Source: a virus
Taxonomy: Duplodnaviria > Caudoviricetes
Length of the DNA stretch: 35,987 bases
Direction: 5' to 3' (one strand)
IMG/VR virus record: IMGVR_UViG_3300021197_000501
Coordinates: 1 to 35,987 of that record
Both the position numbers and the translations under genes were made by a program. Shown here in pieces: positions 33,404 through 35,987 of this stretch. The notes beneath the pieces were generated by a model. It saw nothing but the letters and a program-made list of their open reading frames with translations. It was not told where the DNA came from and ran no database searches. The first letter of the stretch is position 1. Each line of letters opens with the position of its first letter.

Positions 33404-35987
33404 TTAATTAGAGTGTGCTGATTTTCCATTGTTGTAATTTTTTAAGACTTCTGTTGCTGATAGTTCTTTGGCATAGACTTTAGCTTCATCAATACTACCT
33501 TTTGCATAGTTACTGCTATATTTACCTACTTCAAGATTGGCTGATAGGTTTTCCATCGCCACATATGTTCCAGAAGATTCATTTGCATTATTAACTTGAG
33601 AACCATTTAGATATATTTTCATACCAGCATTTGCACTTGTACCACCTCTTCCATCATATGTTGCTACAATATGCATCCATTGACCTTCAGAAGATGTTAA
33701 AGCAGTATCATAAGCAACTGCTTGAAATGCAGAATTATTAAATAAATAAAACTTTAATTTATCAACAGACAAAAACCCAAATAAGTATTCTCCAGCACTA
33801 TTATAGACACCTTTTGCCAATGCTGGAAAGTTTGTAACATCATTTGGTTTAATCCATGCTTCTAAACTAAATGGTGAATCAGATGTACCATTTCCAAAAC
33901 TTAAAGTCTCTGAATCCTGTACCGATATATACTCTGCACCTTTTAATCTGATACCACTTGATATTGAGTCTGTATCTGTTAGGTAATATCCTTGTGAGTC
34001 TCTACCTTCATTTAGTCCTTCTGGAACTATGATTGATGCTGGATCACCAGCTACTGTACCATTGTTATATCCTATAAGGTTAGCACCAGATACTGTTGCA
34101 TCATTATTATTACTTGTTTGATCTTGTATGGTAGAGGTAGTATCTCCAGTTCCAGCACCCATTAACCAAGAACCTACACAATTACTAAACTGACTAAACC
34201 CAGATATATTACTTCTTTTATCTATTGCATATAATTCAGATACTTCAGTAGCTGATAAAGCAATTCCTTTAAAAATATTAAAAGATGATAATTGACCATT
34301 TAAAAAACTTGAGGGTGAAGAATGATTAAAAGCACCAATTAAAGCAGTAACTCCATAATCTAATGTATTCGCACCATCATCTTTTGTATTTGTGTCTAAA
34401 GTTTGTGCAACATTATTAATGTAAATATTAGTTGTGCTATCTCTATCTACTGACCAAACTATATGATACCATTGATTAGTAGATACAATAGATGAATTTA
34501 TTTGTGATCTTATTACTGAACTACCACTATAAGATGCACCAAAATCTAAATATCCTGTGTTTTTAATCTGAACCCAATTAGAATTGCTTCCATTCTCTCG
34601 TCTGTTAAAAATAGTTTGTGTGCCACTTACACTATTTAACTTCATCCAAAAAGAAAAAGAAAAATCACCTGCACCAAACTCTAAAGAATTACTATCTGCA
34701 ACGCTTAACCTATCATCAGTACCATCAAAACTTGCTACTCCAGTATTTGCCTTATCTAACCAAGTAGTCACACCATCATTTCTCCAGTATCCAACTAAAT
34801 CATCTGCACTTGCATAGTTACCACTATCAGTTGTTGGTAATAAAGGTAATCCAGAGTTATATAAGGCTGTTACTTCATTGGCTGTTAAAGCTGAATCCCA
34901 GATAGATACATCGTTTGTAATTCCATCTAAATAAACACTACTTGCACCACCTATAACTAAATTATCAGATGCAGTATCAAGTGTAATTGTTGAGGAAACA
35001 GTATTTTCTAATGATCCATTTACATATAGTTTAATATTTGAACCATCAGCAGTTCCTACTAAATGATACCAAGTGTTTGCTACTACTGTTGTACTGCTAT
35101 CTACATATTTTTCAGAACTTGAATTACTTGCTTGGAATCTAAATTTATTAGTTGAATCACCACTTGTTCCAATAGCAATTCCTCTATTGCTTCCCCATTT
35201 TCTTATAACCTGTTCTGCACCAACACCATCAGCAAAATTAACCCAACACGAAATAGTAAATTGAGATAAATTAAAAATACTCTGATTTCCTATTGTTACA
35301 ATATCATCACCTCCAAACACCATAGGATTATTACTTCTGACTAATGGATGTTGAAAGCCATACTCTTGCCCAGTTGCCCAAGTGATTCCATTTCCTGTAC
35401 CATGATTTTGACCTAAATTCAGTTGGTTAATGATTACATCATCTACTACGATTGATCCTGGATCGCTTTCTTGTCTTTGTATTTGTATACGAGCTGTTGT
35501 TCCTTGTGCAGTAAACGATAATTCTACATCTTGCCAACTACCATCAGCAGGTAAAGAAACTATATTAGATGAAGGATTAGAGTTTGTAGGGGTAGTTACT
35601 CGAATACCCGCTGCAACAGAACCTCCGATTGCCTTTAACTTGACATTAATCTTATATTCATTTCCACTTGTAATTCCAGATAAATCCTGATAAAACGATT
35701 GTGTTCCACTATCTGCCCTTGTTAATTGTACTGCATTACCAGTATAACCATCTGCAATTACTTCTGCTGTGAAATCATCCAAAGACCAACCAGTAACAGA
35801 AGTTGACCCAACAGCATCAGCCGAGAAATCTCCGTTAACTGCTACATCAAGAAATGTAGGAGAGCCATCTAATATTGCAGTTCCAGAACCTTCTTGCATT
35901 GGCATATCTAACTTTAATGCTGATGAAGCTATACCAGTAGGTAAGGTTAATTCTGGCTTTATGTACAGTTGCCTAACTTGATCTTGG
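33404..35987 (-). CDS. Giant multi-LamG fibre protein, 3' part/allele B (5' truncated by window end), with CBM-like insertion
   Basis: Track ORF 33404..35905 starts at an internal Met; the frame continues through the 127-bp block into 1387..3461 (1552 aa if joined). Three LamG domains plus an NGDF...GW...YQ...Y...W....F...VDDV domain. Confidence 0.9.
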   Translation of the reverse strand, partial: QDQVRQLYIKPELTLPTGIASSALKLDMPMQEGSGTAILDGSPTFLDVAVNGDFSADAVGSTSVTGWSLDDFTAEVIADGYTGNAVQLTRADSGTQSFYQDLSGITSGNEYKINVKLKAIGGSVAAGIRVTTPTNSNPSSNIVSLPADGSWQDVELSFTAQGTTARIQIQRQESDPGSIVVDDVIINQLNLGQNHGTGNGITWATGQEYGFQHPLVRSNNPMVFGGDDIVTIGNQSIFNLSQFTISCWVNFADGVGAEQVIRKWGSNRGIAIGTSGDSTNKFRFQASNSSSEKYVDSSTTVVANTWYHLVGTADGSNIKLYVNGSLENTVSSTITLDTASDNLVIGGASSVYLDGITNDVSIWDSALTANEVTALYNSGLPLLPTTDSGNYASADDLVGYWRNDGVTTWLDKANTGVASFDGTDDRLSVADSNSLEFGAGDFSFSFWMKLNSVSGTQTIFNRRENGSNSNWVQIKNTGYLDFGASYSGSSVIRSQINSSIVSTNQWYHIVWSVDRDSTTNIYINNVAQTLDTNTKDDGANTLDYGVTALIGAFNHSSPSSFLNGQLSSFNIFKGIALSATEVSELYAIDKRSNISGFSQFSNCVGSWLMGAGTGDTTSTIQDQTSNNNDATVSGANLIGYNNGTVAGDPASIIVPEGLNEGRDSQGYYLTDTDSISSGIRLKGAEYISVQDSETLSFGNGTSDSPFSLEAWIKPNDVTNFPALAKGVYNSAGEYLFGFLSVDKLKFYLFNNSAFQAVAYDTALTSSEGQWMHIVATYDGRGGTSANAGMKIYLNGSQVNNANESSGTYVAMENLSANLEVGKYSSNYAKGSIDEAKVYAKELSATEVLKNYNNGKSAHSN
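34137..35987. repeat. Second, divergent copy of segment 1..1386 (mosaic of four conserved blocks and three variable blocks)
   Basis: Blocks 34137..34262, 34712..34927, 35315..35411 and 35861..35987 match the left end; the intervening parts do not match at the DNA level. Confidence 0.92.

Noticed and set aside
33404-35905. Stand-alone 833-aa gene starting MPMQEG
   Set aside because: That Met is internal; the frame continues to the window end and into 1387..3461.
23169-35981. Plus-strand track ORFs in the replication, lysis and fibre regions (e.g. 23169, 23673, 25784, 27759, 29253, 30723, 31027, 34584, 35430)
   Set aside because: Antisense to clearly coding genes; hydrophobic-looking ones simply mirror Lys/Glu-rich sense codons.
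34137-35987. Ordinary direct terminal repeat / simple circular overlap
   Set aside because: The window start matches an internal site (34137) and the window end matches another internal site (1386), with non-matching DNA between shared blocks. This is bubble topology, not an end-to-end repeat.
1-35987. Diversity-generating retroelement or invertase shufflon behind fibre variation
   Set aside because: No reverse transcriptase or site-specific recombinase recognised; the repeats are direct, and differences are whole-domain replacements rather than adenine-specific changes.

Overview
An apparently complete ~34-35 kb podovirus-like (P22-portal / N4-gp56-type capsid) dsDNA phage genome of low GC. 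Most genes are on the minus strand. The late module runs terS, terL, portal, scaffold, major capsid, adaptor, nozzle, three internal/ejection proteins, a head-spike base and a giant multi-LamG fibre, then lysis/membrane genes and highly basic proteins. The replication/recombination module has an HTH regulator, Cas4-like exonuclease, SSB, Holliday junction resolvase, C5 methyltransferase and primase-helicase. A short plus-strand cassette of small genes lies at 19.9-22.6 kb. I recognised no integrase, DNA polymerase, tRNA, CRISPR array or reverse transcriptase. The most striking feature is that the two window ends are two in-frame versions of the same segment of the fibre gene (1..1386 vs 34137..35987). 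Four conserved linker blocks alternate with replaced lectin-like domains, and one version carries a net 148-codon CBM-like insertion, which suggests slot-wise domain swapping in a GTA-type head-spike fibre. The methyltransferase gene also hides a +1-frame ORF with its own strong RBS. All product calls come from motif recognition by eye, with no database searches.
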